34,839 bases of DNA from assembly GCA_039208735.1 (NCBI GenBank), contig JBCCQY010000097.1:1-34839 (forward strand), read 5' to 3'. Positions 16,767 through 25,790 of this stretch are shown piece by piece (the stretch's first letter is position 1; each line of letters begins with the position of its first letter). Position numbers and translations under genes: made by a program. Origin of the DNA: Myxococcota bacterium. GTDB lineage: Bacteria > Myxococcota_A > UBA796 > GCA-2862545. The notes under the pieces are model-generated. The model did not search any database. It was not told the origin of the DNA and saw only the letters and a program-made list of their open reading frames with translations.

Positions 16767-19700
16767 TCACCGTCGTAAAGCGGCGACCTGCGCGGCCCGT
16801 TCCGGGTCCCCCTGCACCAACCATGCCCGCTCGGCTTCGCGGAGCGCTTCGTTGACCCAAGCGTCGGTGGATCCCGGTTCGAGTTGGTGGACCACGTGGT
16901 CGAAGGACTTGAGACGGCCTTGGCTTGCAAACGCCCAACACTTCAGCGCGTAAAGGCGGGGCAGGACGTCGTCGGGAGGCGAACCCTTGAGCTGGCTATC
17001 GAGCAAGATCAACGCATCGGCCGGGCGTCGGGCCTCAATCCAGACTTGCGCGAGATGCGCGGCCGCGACGGTCGCGCGCGTGAGGCCCAGCGACCGGTAG
17101 AGGGTGAGGGCCCGCTGCATGTGATGCGCGGCCTGTCGAGGCTGGTCGAGCTGCCGACACGCCAGTCCAGAGACGATCTGGGCTTCCGCTACGCCCCCGC
17201 GATGACCCTGCCCTTCGAAAAGCACCGCGGCCCGTGTGGCCGCGGCCATGGCCGACCGGGGGTCGTTGCGCGACAGCTCGCGCTCGGACAGCGAAAGCGC
17301 CGCTTGGGCAGCCCGCAGAGGCTCATCCTGGGCGATGTAGAGTTCGAGTGCGCGTTCGAGAGCATCGACGGATGCATCGGGGTCTTCACTTAGGATGCCG
17401 AGCCACAAGGCCACACTGGGAGGCGGACGCGGCATGGACCGAGCGGCCAGTCGACGGGCGGCGTCGAGGTGGGCGGCCGCCTTGTTGGGATGGCCTGCCG
17501 TATGCGCGATCTCGGCGCGATCGATCAGGGCCTGAACGGCCACATCGGCCCACCGTTGTTCCTTGGCGTGGTTGTGAAGGGCCACTGCGTGCTGGTCAGC
17601 CTCGGTGAGGTCGCCCCGATGGAGGGCCAACTGCTGTTCCAGGCGGAGCAACTGGATATGACGCCGATCCGAATCGGGGAAGTCCGATGCGGCGGTCGCA
17701 AGGTGCACATCCGCGAGAATCGCCGCCGTCGTGGTGAGGTCGCCGCGTTCGAGCCGGGATTCGGCGCCCTGAAGCAACGGATCGATGGCTTGCGCCGCGC
17801 GTCCCGCTTTGAGCCAGTGACGGCCACAGCGCTCCGCGATGCCCCGCCCTTCGCGGCCCTCGAGCGTGCGCGCACACGCCTCATGGTGGGCTTGGGCGCG
17901 ACCCTCGCGGCTCGCGAGGCTCACGAGGAGATCCCGCAGCATGGGGTGCAAGAACGAGAACCGGACTTCCGGATCGCCCTCTTCCACCAAAACGCCATTT
18001 TGCCAGAGCCGATCGACGAGGCCCCTCGGGACTCGGATGTTCTCGGCGGCACAGGCGTGAAGCCATTCATCGGTCCAAATGTCAATGCCCAAGATCGCCG
18101 CGATTTCGAGCGCGTGACGCACCGAGGGGTGCGCCCCGTTCAAGAAGGTTTCCAGACGCCGGCTCCACACATCATCGAGACTGCCCGGCAAGCCTTCCTT
18201 TAGGGCCTCGGGATCCGCGATGTAGCCCTCGGCGGTGGCCTTGAGCTGCCCTCGGCTCACCCAGTCGCCGACGAGTTGCATGGCAAACAGCGGGTTGCCC
18301 TCGCTGCGCTGGACCACCTCATGCACCAGCGAGGGGGCCAACGGGAGCATGGCTCGCACCATGGCCGCCCGTTCGTCACGAGGGAGGGGGCCAATGTCGT
18401 AGACCGCAACCTCATCGCGTTGGACGAAGGGATCGATGGCCGCCATCACCCGCTGGCTCAAGGGGGCATCAGGGGTGTCGGGGCGCATGGTTAGCACCAC
18501 GAGGAGGTTCGTCGGACCATGCTTGAGCAAGTGCGCTGCGGCGGCGAACACCTCGGGCCCTCGGTGGGCATCGGCGATGCGCAGCACGACGGGCCGGCGG
18601 CTGGCCATGCGGCGAACCAATGCGGTGAGCACCCCAAAGCGCTGGGCGGCAGATGCCAACTGGATCTTGCCGGTCGTGCGGATCAGTTCGACCACCGCGT
18701 CGGCAGCCGGGGCCTGGCGGTCGCCAGCCAAGGTGGACAGCTTGTCTTCAGCCCGTTCGACCATCTGATCGACGGTCGCATCGGAGGCAACGCCGAGCCA
18801 TTTGGCAACGAGGGTTCCCAGCCCCGTGGCCGCGGTGGCGGCTCCCATCGACGTAGCGAGGATCTCGGCCCCGGCGTGTTCATGGGCTTGCTCGCTCACC
18901 CATTCGGCGAGGGCCGACTTGCCGGTGCCAGTCGCGCCGCGCAGCACCACCGCACGTGGCCCATCGCCATTGACGACGTCGTGCAGGACCTTCCACAGCG
19001 CCTTGCGTTCCTCGAAGCGGCCAACGAGGCGAATGCTCCGCCATCCGATGAGGCCAAGACCGAGTTCGGCGGGGGCTTTGGGGGGCACGTCGGCGAGCTG
19101 GGCCGTCCATTCGGGGACCGGAACCTCGATGCGTTGTCCGACGGGGGCGTTGGGGCGAGGCACGTGGGGCCCCGACACGATCATCGGCCGGGTGATCTCA
19201 GCCGACAATGGCACGTCGTCGGTGAGCGTGATGGAGGGATCGCCGGTGAGGAACGTGATCGACGGCATCTGGAGATCGTCGAGAAGCACCCGCACCTCGG
19301 CGGCGCGCTGAGGCCGGGACCACGGAGCTTTGGCAAGGAGTCGGCGGAGCAGCTCCTCGAGCCCTAGGGGACAAGGCCGGGCGGTGCGGAAGTCGCCAGG
19401 ATCGGCCGACAGTTGCTGTTCCCGCAGCACGCGTCCGCCTCGGCCAGTGAACGGCGGGGCTCCGGTCACCAACGCCCAGACGGTGCAAGCCCAGGCGTAC
19501 AGATCGGTCGCCGGCGAGGACGCTCCCCAACTTGGTTCGAACTGTTCGGGTGCCATGTACGCCGGGGAGCCCAATTCGCGCAATGGGCCATCAGAATCGG
19601 CCAGGTGGGCAAGCCCGAAGTCGGTGAGTCGGGGCTCATCCTCGTCGTCGAGGAGGACGTTCGAGGGCTTTACGTCCCGGTGGACGACGCCTCGCGCATG

Positions 19701-20105
19701 GGCGTGCCCCAAGGCGGCGAGCAGGCCTCGCGCGATGGGCTCGACGTCCGACCAGGCGCGGGGCTTGGCCACCCAGGATTGCAACGACTCGCCCGGGAGT
19801 CGCTCCGTCACCAGGTAGGGACTGCCGAGCGTGAGCCGGCCCTCGGTGGCCTCATTGACCGACGCCGGAATCTCGCCGGCATCGACCACCCGCAGCACAC
19901 CGGGATGGTCCAGCGACGCCGCGGCCCGAATCTCTTGGTAGAAGGCCCGTCGAAGGCGATAGCCCTCCGACAGTGCACCTCGAATGACCTTGACGGCGAA
20001 CTCGCGGCCGGTCGAGAGGTGAACTGCGGCCCAGACTTCGCCCATCCCCCCGACGCCAAGAGGTTCGTCGAGGGCAAACAGGCCCAATCGTGGGGTATCC
20101 GTCAC
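16767..20105 (-). CDS. Ser/Thr kinase fused to a STAND/AAA-type P-loop NTPase and TPR-like repeats
   Basis: GVGGMGEVW, AVK, HRDVKPSN, DFG and GSPAYMAPE kinase motifs. LVGRFEE, Walker A GATGTGKS, SEGNPLF and FSFLHP NTPase motifs, then an Ala-rich helical C-terminus. Confidence 0.9.
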   Translation of the reverse strand: MTDTPRLGLFALDEPLGVGGMGEVWAAVHLSTGREFAVKVIRGALSEGYRLRRAFYQEIRAAASLDHPGVLRVVDAGEIPASVNEATEGRLTLGSPYLVTERLPGESLQSWVAKPRAWSDVEPIARGLLAALGHAHARGVVHRDVKPSNVLLDDEDEPRLTDFGLAHLADSDGPLRELGSPAYMAPEQFEPSWGASSPATDLYAWACTVWALVTGAPPFTGRGGRVLREQQLSADPGDFRTARPCPLGLEELLRRLLAKAPWSRPQRAAEVRVLLDDLQMPSITFLTGDPSITLTDDVPLSAEITRPMIVSGPHVPRPNAPVGQRIEVPVPEWTAQLADVPPKAPAELGLGLIGWRSIRLVGRFEERKALWKVLHDVVNGDGPRAVVLRGATGTGKSALAEWVSEQAHEHAGAEILATSMGAATAATGLGTLVAKWLGVASDATVDQMVERAEDKLSTLAGDRQAPAADAVVELIRTTGKIQLASAAQRFGVLTALVRRMASRRPVVLRIADAHRGPEVFAAAAHLLKHGPTNLLVVLTMRPDTPDAPLSQRVMAAIDPFVQRDEVAVYDIGPLPRDERAAMVRAMLPLAPSLVHEVVQRSEGNPLFAMQLVGDWVSRGQLKATAEGYIADPEALKEGLPGSLDDVWSRRLETFLNGAHPSVRHALEIAAILGIDIWTDEWLHACAAENIRVPRGLVDRLWQNGVLVEEGDPEVRFSFLHPMLRDLLVSLASREGRAQAHHEACARTLEGREGRGIAERCGRHWLKAGRAAQAIDPLLQGAESRLERGDLTTTAAILADVHLATAASDFPDSDRRHIQLLRLEQQLALHRGDLTEADQHAVALHNHAKEQRWADVAVQALIDRAEIAHTAGHPNKAAAHLDAARRLAARSMPRPPPSVALWLGILSEDPDASVDALERALELYIAQDEPLRAAQAALSLSERELSRNDPRSAMAAATRAAVLFEGQGHRGGVAEAQIVSGLACRQLDQPRQAAHHMQRALTLYRSLGLTRATVAAAHLAQVWIEARRPADALILLDSQLKGSPPDDVLPRLYALKCWAFASQGRLKSFDHVVHQLEPGSTDAWVNEALREAERAWLVQGDPERAAQVAALRR

Positions 20106-20161
20106 GAGGTTGCCATCTACAGCGGGCTTAGACCCTGCGCAAGCTGCTGTGAATCTGCCGA

Positions 20162-21265
20162 TCAGTCTCGTTGCGGAGGGGGTCCCACCTGGCCTCGCCA
20201 GCGAAGCCAGTGATCGAGCAGGACGATCGCCATCATGGCCTCCACGATGGGGACGGCTCGGGGCAGCACGCAGGGATCGTGACGCCCCCGGGGCTTCAGC
20301 GTCGTTGCGGCGCCTTCGTCGGTGACCGTGTCCTGGGTCAGGAATACTGTACTGACCGGTTTGAAGGCGACGTTTAGCTCAATCGGCATGCCGTTGCTGA
20401 TGCCGCCTTGGATGCCGCCCGATCGATTCGATGTGGTGCGGATCGTGCCTTCGGGGCCAGGCACAAAGGGGTCGTTGTGTTGCTTCCCGGTGAGCCGGGT
20501 TCCCGCAAATCCAGATCCAACCTCGAATCCCTTGGCGGCGGGAAGCGACAGCATGGCTTTGGCCAGATCGGCGTCAAGTTTGTCGAAAACGGGATCGCCG
20601 AGTCCCGCAGGAACCCCTCGAGCGACGGCCCGGACGATGCCGCCAACGGTATCGCCCGCGTTTCGCGCTTCGACAATGCGATCGCGGAAGCGGCCGGCCG
20701 CGTCGGGATCCGGGCACCGCACTTCGTTGGCATCGACCGCCGCGTGATCGACGCGGCCGGGGTCCACAGTGGCATCGTCACCTGCGACTTGCTGCACCCA
20801 GGCCACGATTTCGACGGGACCGAGCGTGTGAAGGACCTGGCGGGCGATCGCGCCAGCCGCCACGCGCGCCGCGGTTTCGCGGGCGGACGCTCGACCGCCG
20901 CCGGCCCAGGCCCGAATGCCGTAGCGGGCGTCGGTGGTGTAATCCGCGTGCGATGGGCGGTAGCGGTGCTGCATCTCGCGGTACGCGTCGGGGCGGGCGT
21001 CGCGGTTGGGGAGGGCCAATGCAATCGGGCTCCCGAGCGTGCGGCCGTCCTCCGCAAGTCCAGATAAAATGCTTACTTCATCGGTTTCACGGCGCTGGGT
21101 TGTCAGGGCGGACTGGCCAGGCCGCCGCCGGTCCAGCTCCGCTTGGATGGCCTCGAGATCGAGATGAACCTGTGGTGGACAGCCCTCGACGATGGCGCCA
21201 ATGCCTCCGCCGTGGCTCTCTCCGTACGTGGTGACCGTGAACGCTTGACCAAACCGACTGCCCAT
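20162..21265 (-). CDS. aroC: Chorismate synthase
   Basis: [47 protein letters not shown] and GRHDPCV signatures. Confidence 0.98.
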   Translation of the reverse strand: MGSRFGQAFTVTTYGESHGGGIGAIVEGCPPQVHLDLEAIQAELDRRRPGQSALTTQRRETDEVSILSGLAEDGRTLGSPIALALPNRDARPDAYREMQHRYRPSHADYTTDARYGIRAWAGGGRASARETAARVAAGAIARQVLHTLGPVEIVAWVQQVAGDDATVDPGRVDHAAVDANEVRCPDPDAAGRFRDRIVEARNAGDTVGGIVRAVARGVPAGLGDPVFDKLDADLAKAMLSLPAAKGFEVGSGFAGTRLTGKQHNDPFVPGPEGTIRTTSNRSGGIQGGISNGMPIELNVAFKPVSTVFLTQDTVTDEGAATTLKPRGRHDPCVLPRAVPIVEAMMAIVLLDHWLRWRGQVGPPPQRD

Positions 21266-21287
21266 GCCGAGGGCGTATCAAGCGGGA

Positions 21288-23072
21288 TCAGCATGGCCCG
21301 TCGTTGCCTTCGAGGGTCACCGAACCTCCTGTGGTTCCCAAGCCTTGGACCAACGAGTCGGCCTCAGCGGCGGGAATGCAAGGGTTGTCGGTGATGACGA
21401 CGTCGCCGAGGACACTCTGCAAGGCGTTGAGGCCTTCGAGAGAGCCAAGCCCGGTGTTGCGGGCAATGTTTAGCGCCCCTACGCTTTGGAGCTGGGCGAA
21501 CGGCCCCAAGGTCATGAGCGAGGAATGGTCCTCGATCGCGAAGGTGTTGGCCACGAAACTCAAGGCAGACCACCCGGTGACGGCCTCGAGGCTGGCATTG
21601 CCACCGATCCGCAACGCTCCGCTGACCGAGCCGACCTCATCGAACCCCGTGATCGCTTCGAGGCTCGCGTTGTTGGCCAGCACGATGTCGCCCCCTACGA
21701 AGGTGAGGGCGTCGAAGCCTTCGATGCGGGCGAGGCTGTCGTTGTTCTCCACGCGGAAGGTGCCGGCGATCGTCTGCAGCCGGGGAAAGGTGCTCAACGC
21801 ACCCAAGGCCCCTCCGGCTTGAATGTCGAGGTCTCCCGAGAACACCTGCTCCAGGCTCCTAAAGGCTTCCAGTTCGGGCAGGCCTCCGTTCGGCCCGATG
21901 TGAAGTGCGCCGACCGATTGGAGCCCCTCAAACCCGGTGGAGGCGGTCAGGGCACCGTTGCCTTCAAGCTGAAGGATGCCGTCGACGGAGCGGAGCCCCG
22001 AGAGGGCAGCGACGCTCTGGAGCGCGAAGTTGTCGAGTAAGAAGAAGTCAGCCCCGATGGCGCCTAATCCTTCAAGGCCGGCCAACGAGCCCAGAGCACC
22101 ATTGCCGGCGATCCGCACGGACCCTTCGACAAACGAGAGGTTGGCAAGCCCATCGAGGGTGAGCAAGCCGCCTTCGTCCTCGATGATGAAGTCGCCGCCT
22201 ACCGTCGTGAGGTCGGCCAGGCCGCCAAGCGAGGTGAGCCCGTTGCCTCGAAGGAGCAGCGCACCCTCGACCCGGCCCTGGCCCAAAGCGCCATCGAGAT
22301 TGCGAAGCGCGTCGTTGCGCGTCAGCTCCAGATCGCCTTCGAGGGTGAGCGTACTTGCTCCGCTGACGTCGACGAGCCCGGGATGGTCCGCGATCACGAG
22401 ACCGCCGACGGCCAGCGCTCGCGCAGGAAGCGCCTTTAGGTTCGGCATGGCCCGCAGTTCAAGGCGGCCTTGCACCGATTCGAGTGCGGTGAGTCCGACC
22501 CATGGATCTTCGAAGGGCAGCGACTCCAGCACCAGGTCGCCGGGAACGGTGACGATCGAGCCCAGTCCTTCGAGGTCGGACAATCCAGGCAGTCGAGCCA
22601 CGGTGACGGAGCCGCCCACCATCGTCAGGGAGGCGAGGGGCGCGAGCGTGGCGACGGCGGGTAGATCCGCAAGAACCACATCGCCGGCCACTTGCCCGAG
22701 TTGCTCGAGGCCGGCCAATCCGGGCATCGATCCTGTCAGGGTCAGGGTGCCTTCGACGCTCGAGAGGCAGTCGAGCGGGGCGACGCGGTCAAGGTCTCGA
22801 AGATCGGCATCCCCCACCACGTTCCGAACACAGAACCCCTGGCAGAAGGCGCCTACGCCAGCCGCATCCAGGTTTCCAGCGAACGTTCCCGTCTGGTCCC
22901 AGCGCAGGGGGTCGTTGTCGTCGCAGTCACCGGCACAGGTGTCGAACCCATCGCCATCGGCATCGTCGAGATTGAGCGACGCGTCATTGTCGTCACAGTC
23001 CACACGGACCGAGTACCCATCGAGGTCCGCGTCCAGACCTCCTCGACAAGCCAGCAGCATCCAGATCAACAC
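21288..23072 (-). CDS. Lipoprotein with MopE-like acidic Cys motifs and a receptor-L-domain/LRR-like solenoid
   Basis: MLIWMLLA-C start, DADLDGYSVRVDCDDND and DADGDGFDTCAGDCDDND motifs, then about 21 repeats of 22-25 aa (xVxGxLxIxxNxxLxxLxGLxxL). Confidence 0.85.
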   Translation of the reverse strand: MLIWMLLACRGGLDADLDGYSVRVDCDDNDASLNLDDADGDGFDTCAGDCDDNDPLRWDQTGTFAGNLDAAGVGAFCQGFCVRNVVGDADLRDLDRVAPLDCLSSVEGTLTLTGSMPGLAGLEQLGQVAGDVVLADLPAVATLAPLASLTMVGGSVTVARLPGLSDLEGLGSIVTVPGDLVLESLPFEDPWVGLTALESVQGRLELRAMPNLKALPARALAVGGLVIADHPGLVDVSGASTLTLEGDLELTRNDALRNLDGALGQGRVEGALLLRGNGLTSLGGLADLTTVGGDFIIEDEGGLLTLDGLANLSFVEGSVRIAGNGALGSLAGLEGLGAIGADFFLLDNFALQSVAALSGLRSVDGILQLEGNGALTASTGFEGLQSVGALHIGPNGGLPELEAFRSLEQVFSGDLDIQAGGALGALSTFPRLQTIAGTFRVENNDSLARIEGFDALTFVGGDIVLANNASLEAITGFDEVGSVSGALRIGGNASLEAVTGWSALSFVANTFAIEDHSSLMTLGPFAQLQSVGALNIARNTGLGSLEGLNALQSVLGDVVITDNPCIPAAEADSLVQGLGTTGGSVTLEGNDGPC

Positions 23073-23084
23073 GGCAACTCCCGG

Positions 23085-23126
23085 GGTGGCGTACCCGGCC
23101 GTTCGGCCGCTGTCGGTTACGCCACC
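23085..23126. promoter_or_regulatory. Inverted repeat in the divergent intergenic region (candidate back-to-back promoters or operator)
   Basis: GGTGGCGTACCCG (23085-23097) and CGGTTACGCCACC (23114-23126) match at 12/13 as reverse complements. A second palindrome, CGGCCG-TT-CGGCCG (23096-23109), overlaps the spacer. Confidence 0.5.
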
Positions 23127-23131
23127 GGACC

Positions 23132-23911
23132 GTGAGAGATGCCCTGCTGGTTTCGTTGTTGTCGATGGTCCCGCGTCGGTGGGCCTCGTCCGCTTTGGGG
23201 CGCCTCGCTCGACGACCCTCCCGCTGGCTTACCCAAGCCTTCGTGTGGGCCTACGAGGTCGATCTCAGTGAAGCCCAGGCCACCGAGTTCGATTCGTTGG
23301 ATGCCTTGTTCGTTCGCCGTCTCCGGGCAGGGACGCGCCCGATCGATGCCGATCCTCATGCCATGGTGAGCCCGGTCGACGGGACGGTCGCCTTTTGTGG
23401 CCCCACGGATGGTCGCATTCCGTTGGGGCCGGTGCCTTTTTCGCTCGCTGACGTGTCGAACGCGGCCCCCCGAGTCTCCGCCGCCATCGTGTTGTACCTG
23501 TCGCCGCGGGACTACCATCGGGTCCACGCGCCGCTCGATGGCCGCGTTCAGGCCTACCGCTACCTTCCGGGGAGTCGGTGGCCTGTGTTTCTCGCTGCGG
23601 TTCGTCGAATTCCACGGCTGTTCGCTCGCAACGAACGGCTCGTTTTCGAGGTCGACACCGACCGGGGGCCGATGCTCGTCGCACTGGTCGGAGCCTTCGG
23701 GGTGGGGCGCATCGAATCCCCGTTGCTCGACGAACCGCCTTCGCAAGCGCGCAGTGGCGATCTCGACGCTCGGGTGGCCAAAGGCGAGGAGATGGGGGTG
23801 TTTCACCTCGGATCGACGGTGATTCTGGGTCTTCCTTCGGTACCCACGGAATGGAAGGTTCGGGTTGGTGCGCCGGTTCGCATGGGCCAGGCAATCGCGA
23901 GGTTTGGATGA
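23132..23911 (+). CDS. psd: Phosphatidylserine decarboxylase proenzyme
   Basis: FVRRLRAGTRPI, SPVDG, YLSPRDYHRVH, LFARNER, VGAFGVG, FHLGSTV autocleavage motif and VRMGQ. Confidence 0.93.
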   Translation: MRDALLVSLLSMVPRRWASSALGRLARRPSRWLTQAFVWAYEVDLSEAQATEFDSLDALFVRRLRAGTRPIDADPHAMVSPVDGTVAFCGPTDGRIPLGPVPFSLADVSNAAPRVSAAIVLYLSPRDYHRVHAPLDGRVQAYRYLPGSRWPVFLAAVRRIPRLFARNERLVFEVDTDRGPMLVALVGAFGVGRIESPLLDEPPSQARSGDLDARVAKGEEMGVFHLGSTVILGLPSVPTEWKVRVGAPVRMGQAIARFG

Positions 23912-23945
23912 GTCCGGTTCCGTCGCGCGCTACGTTCCGATTCGC

Positions 23946-25790
23946 ATGAACGTCCTTGCGCCGACTGGCTTCCTGCTCGCGCTGATCGGGCTTCCGCTCG
24001 TGGCGATGTACTTCCTGCGGATTCGCCGACGCCGGGTTCCCGTCTCGTCGTTGCTTCCGTGGCACAACTTGCGGCGCACCGAGCAGCTGGCGTCGCCGTT
24101 CCAACGGTTTCGAAACCACTGGTTGTTGTGGCTGCAGCTTCTCATCTTGGCCGCCTTGGTCCTCGCGTTGGTTCGACCCTTCATGATGACCGCTGAAGCC
24201 CCATTTGCCAGCCGAATCTTGGTGATCGACACCTCGGCCTCCATGGCGGCTCGCGACGGCGATCCCACGCGGCTCGACACCGCGGTCGGGTTTGCCCAGG
24301 ACCTTGTGGAGCGCCTGGGACCCGAAGATGAGGCGTTGCTCGTGGTCGCAGGGCCCACCACCGAAGTCCGCGTGCCGTTCACGCGGGACCACGGTGAAAT
24401 CCGGCGGGCGTTGGGGCGGCTCGACGCATCGGAAGCCGAGGGCTCCCTGCGGGAGGCCCTGCTGTTGGCTCAGTCGCTGGCCCGGTCTCGCTCCGACGTC
24501 GAAGTCGTGGTGTTTTCCGACGGAGGGCGCCAGGATCTTTCCACGTTGGATGCCGCTGCGGTCCCGGTGCGCTTCGTGGTGGCGGGAACCACCGCCCACA
24601 ACGCGGGCATTCTGGCTCTCGACATTCGACGTTCCGTCGTTTCAGACCTCGAGCGTCAGCTCTATGTGACCGTCCAGCATTTTGGCCCTGAGCCTGTGCA
24701 AGGAGCGGTTGAGGTCACGCTGGACGGTCGCTTGCTGGGCGTTCGGTCCGAACCCCTACCGAGTGACGTGCCGGTGGGCTTGGTGTTCGATCTTCCGGCC
24801 GAGCAATCCGGCGAGTTGGTGGTCCGGCTCGATGTGCCGGACGACCCATTGGCCGCGGACGATGTGGCTCACGCCATCCTCGACCCGCTGGGACGCCGGA
24901 ATGTGGTCGTCGTCGGGGGAGACGCCCTCATCGCCCGCATTCTCGCTTCGGATCCCCGCGTGGACGGGCAGGTCATGAGCCCTGGGCTGCTCGACCTCGA
25001 CCGAATTCGGCAGGCCGATTGCGTATTGTTCGCGGGACCAGTGCCGGACGGCGTTGACGGATTGTCGTACGCGGTGCTGGGGCCCTATCCTGGGGGACCC
25101 CTCCGTTTCGGAGAGGAGGTGGTGGCTCCCGACATCATCAGCTGGCGTCGGGACGACCCCCTGCTCCGGTTTACGCGGTGGGACAACGTCTTCGTCGGGA
25201 AAGCACGCGCCATTCAGGACACCGCTGGGTTGGTGCCGCTGGTCGAAGGGGAGGGAGGGCCACTGCTGCTTGCGGGTCGCCACAAGGGAGGGCGCGTCGT
25301 TCAGATGGCCTTCGATCCGTTGCAAAGCGACCTTCCACTGCGGGTGGCCTGGCCCGTGCTCCTGCTCAACATGGTGGGTTGGCTGACCGACGACCCGGGT
25401 CGCGGCGCTCCCGGGGCCATGATCCGAACCGGCCAACCCTGGGTGGTTCCGGTAGGCGGTGACGACCTCGATGAAATCGTGGTGGTCGGTCCCAAAGGGC
25501 GCGCGACGGTCCCGGTGGTCGGGGGAACGGCGCGGTTCACGGGATTGCACCACCTTGGGCGCTACGACGCGCGAGGGGGTGGTCGCTCCTGGCAGATCGC
25601 AGCAAATCTGTTGTCCGAAGCGGAGTCTCGCATTGCACCGCGTAAAGCCCTGGGGCTGGGCTCCGCACCGGTCGCCGCCTCCTCGTCCCTCGCCACCGCC
25701 CGGCGAGAGTTCTGGCGGCCCTTGCTGTGGCTTGGACTCCTCGTTTTGTCCCTCGAGTGGGCGCTCTACCATCGTCGGAGGACCGCATGA
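23946..25790 (+). CDS. BatA-domain / vWA membrane protein
   Basis: N-terminal double-TM BatA motif (LPLVAMYFLRIRRRRVPVSSLLPW...LVRP), MIDAS DTSAS...SDG, and C-terminal NLLSEAES and EFWRPL...EWALYHRR. Confidence 0.88.
   Translation: MNVLAPTGFLLALIGLPLVAMYFLRIRRRRVPVSSLLPWHNLRRTEQLASPFQRFRNHWLLWLQLLILAALVLALVRPFMMTAEAPFASRILVIDTSASMAARDGDPTRLDTAVGFAQDLVERLGPEDEALLVVAGPTTEVRVPFTRDHGEIRRALGRLDASEAEGSLREALLLAQSLARSRSDVEVVVFSDGGRQDLSTLDAAAVPVRFVVAGTTAHNAGILALDIRRSVVSDLERQLYVTVQHFGPEPVQGAVEVTLDGRLLGVRSEPLPSDVPVGLVFDLPAEQSGELVVRLDVPDDPLAADDVAHAILDPLGRRNVVVVGGDALIARILASDPRVDGQVMSPGLLDLDRIRQADCVLFAGPVPDGVDGLSYAVLGPYPGGPLRFGEEVVAPDIISWRRDDPLLRFTRWDNVFVGKARAIQDTAGLVPLVEGEGGPLLLAGRHKGGRVVQMAFDPLQSDLPLRVAWPVLLLNMVGWLTDDPGRGAPGAMIRTGQPWVVPVGGDDLDEIVVVGPKGRATVPVVGGTARFTGLHHLGRYDARGGGRSWQIAANLLSEAESRIAPRKALGLGSAPVAASSSLATARREFWRPLLWLGLLVLSLEWALYHRRRTA

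Noticed and set aside
16736..16930. N-terminal extension of the 1384-aa ORF
   Set aside because: Overlaps the kinase-STAND gene end; GTG 16735 has a GGAGG RBS and yields a proper signal peptide.
16767..20105. Antiphage defence island
   Set aside because: The neighbours are aroC and envelope genes, with no nucleases, toxins or mobility genes; kinase-STAND-TPR proteins are common signalling proteins in such genomes.
21300..22850. Possible DNA tandem repeat or CRISPR-like periodicity
   Set aside because: The periodicity is at protein level only; there are no identical nucleotide repeats with spacers and no cas genes.
21976..23271. 431-aa Ser/Pro/Arg-rich plus-strand ORF
   Set aside because: Antisense shadow of the repeat lipoprotein; its periodicity just mirrors the real gene.
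23265..25772. 444-aa and 338-aa minus-strand ORFs
   Set aside because: Shadows of psd and the BatA/vWA gene with no recognisable domains.
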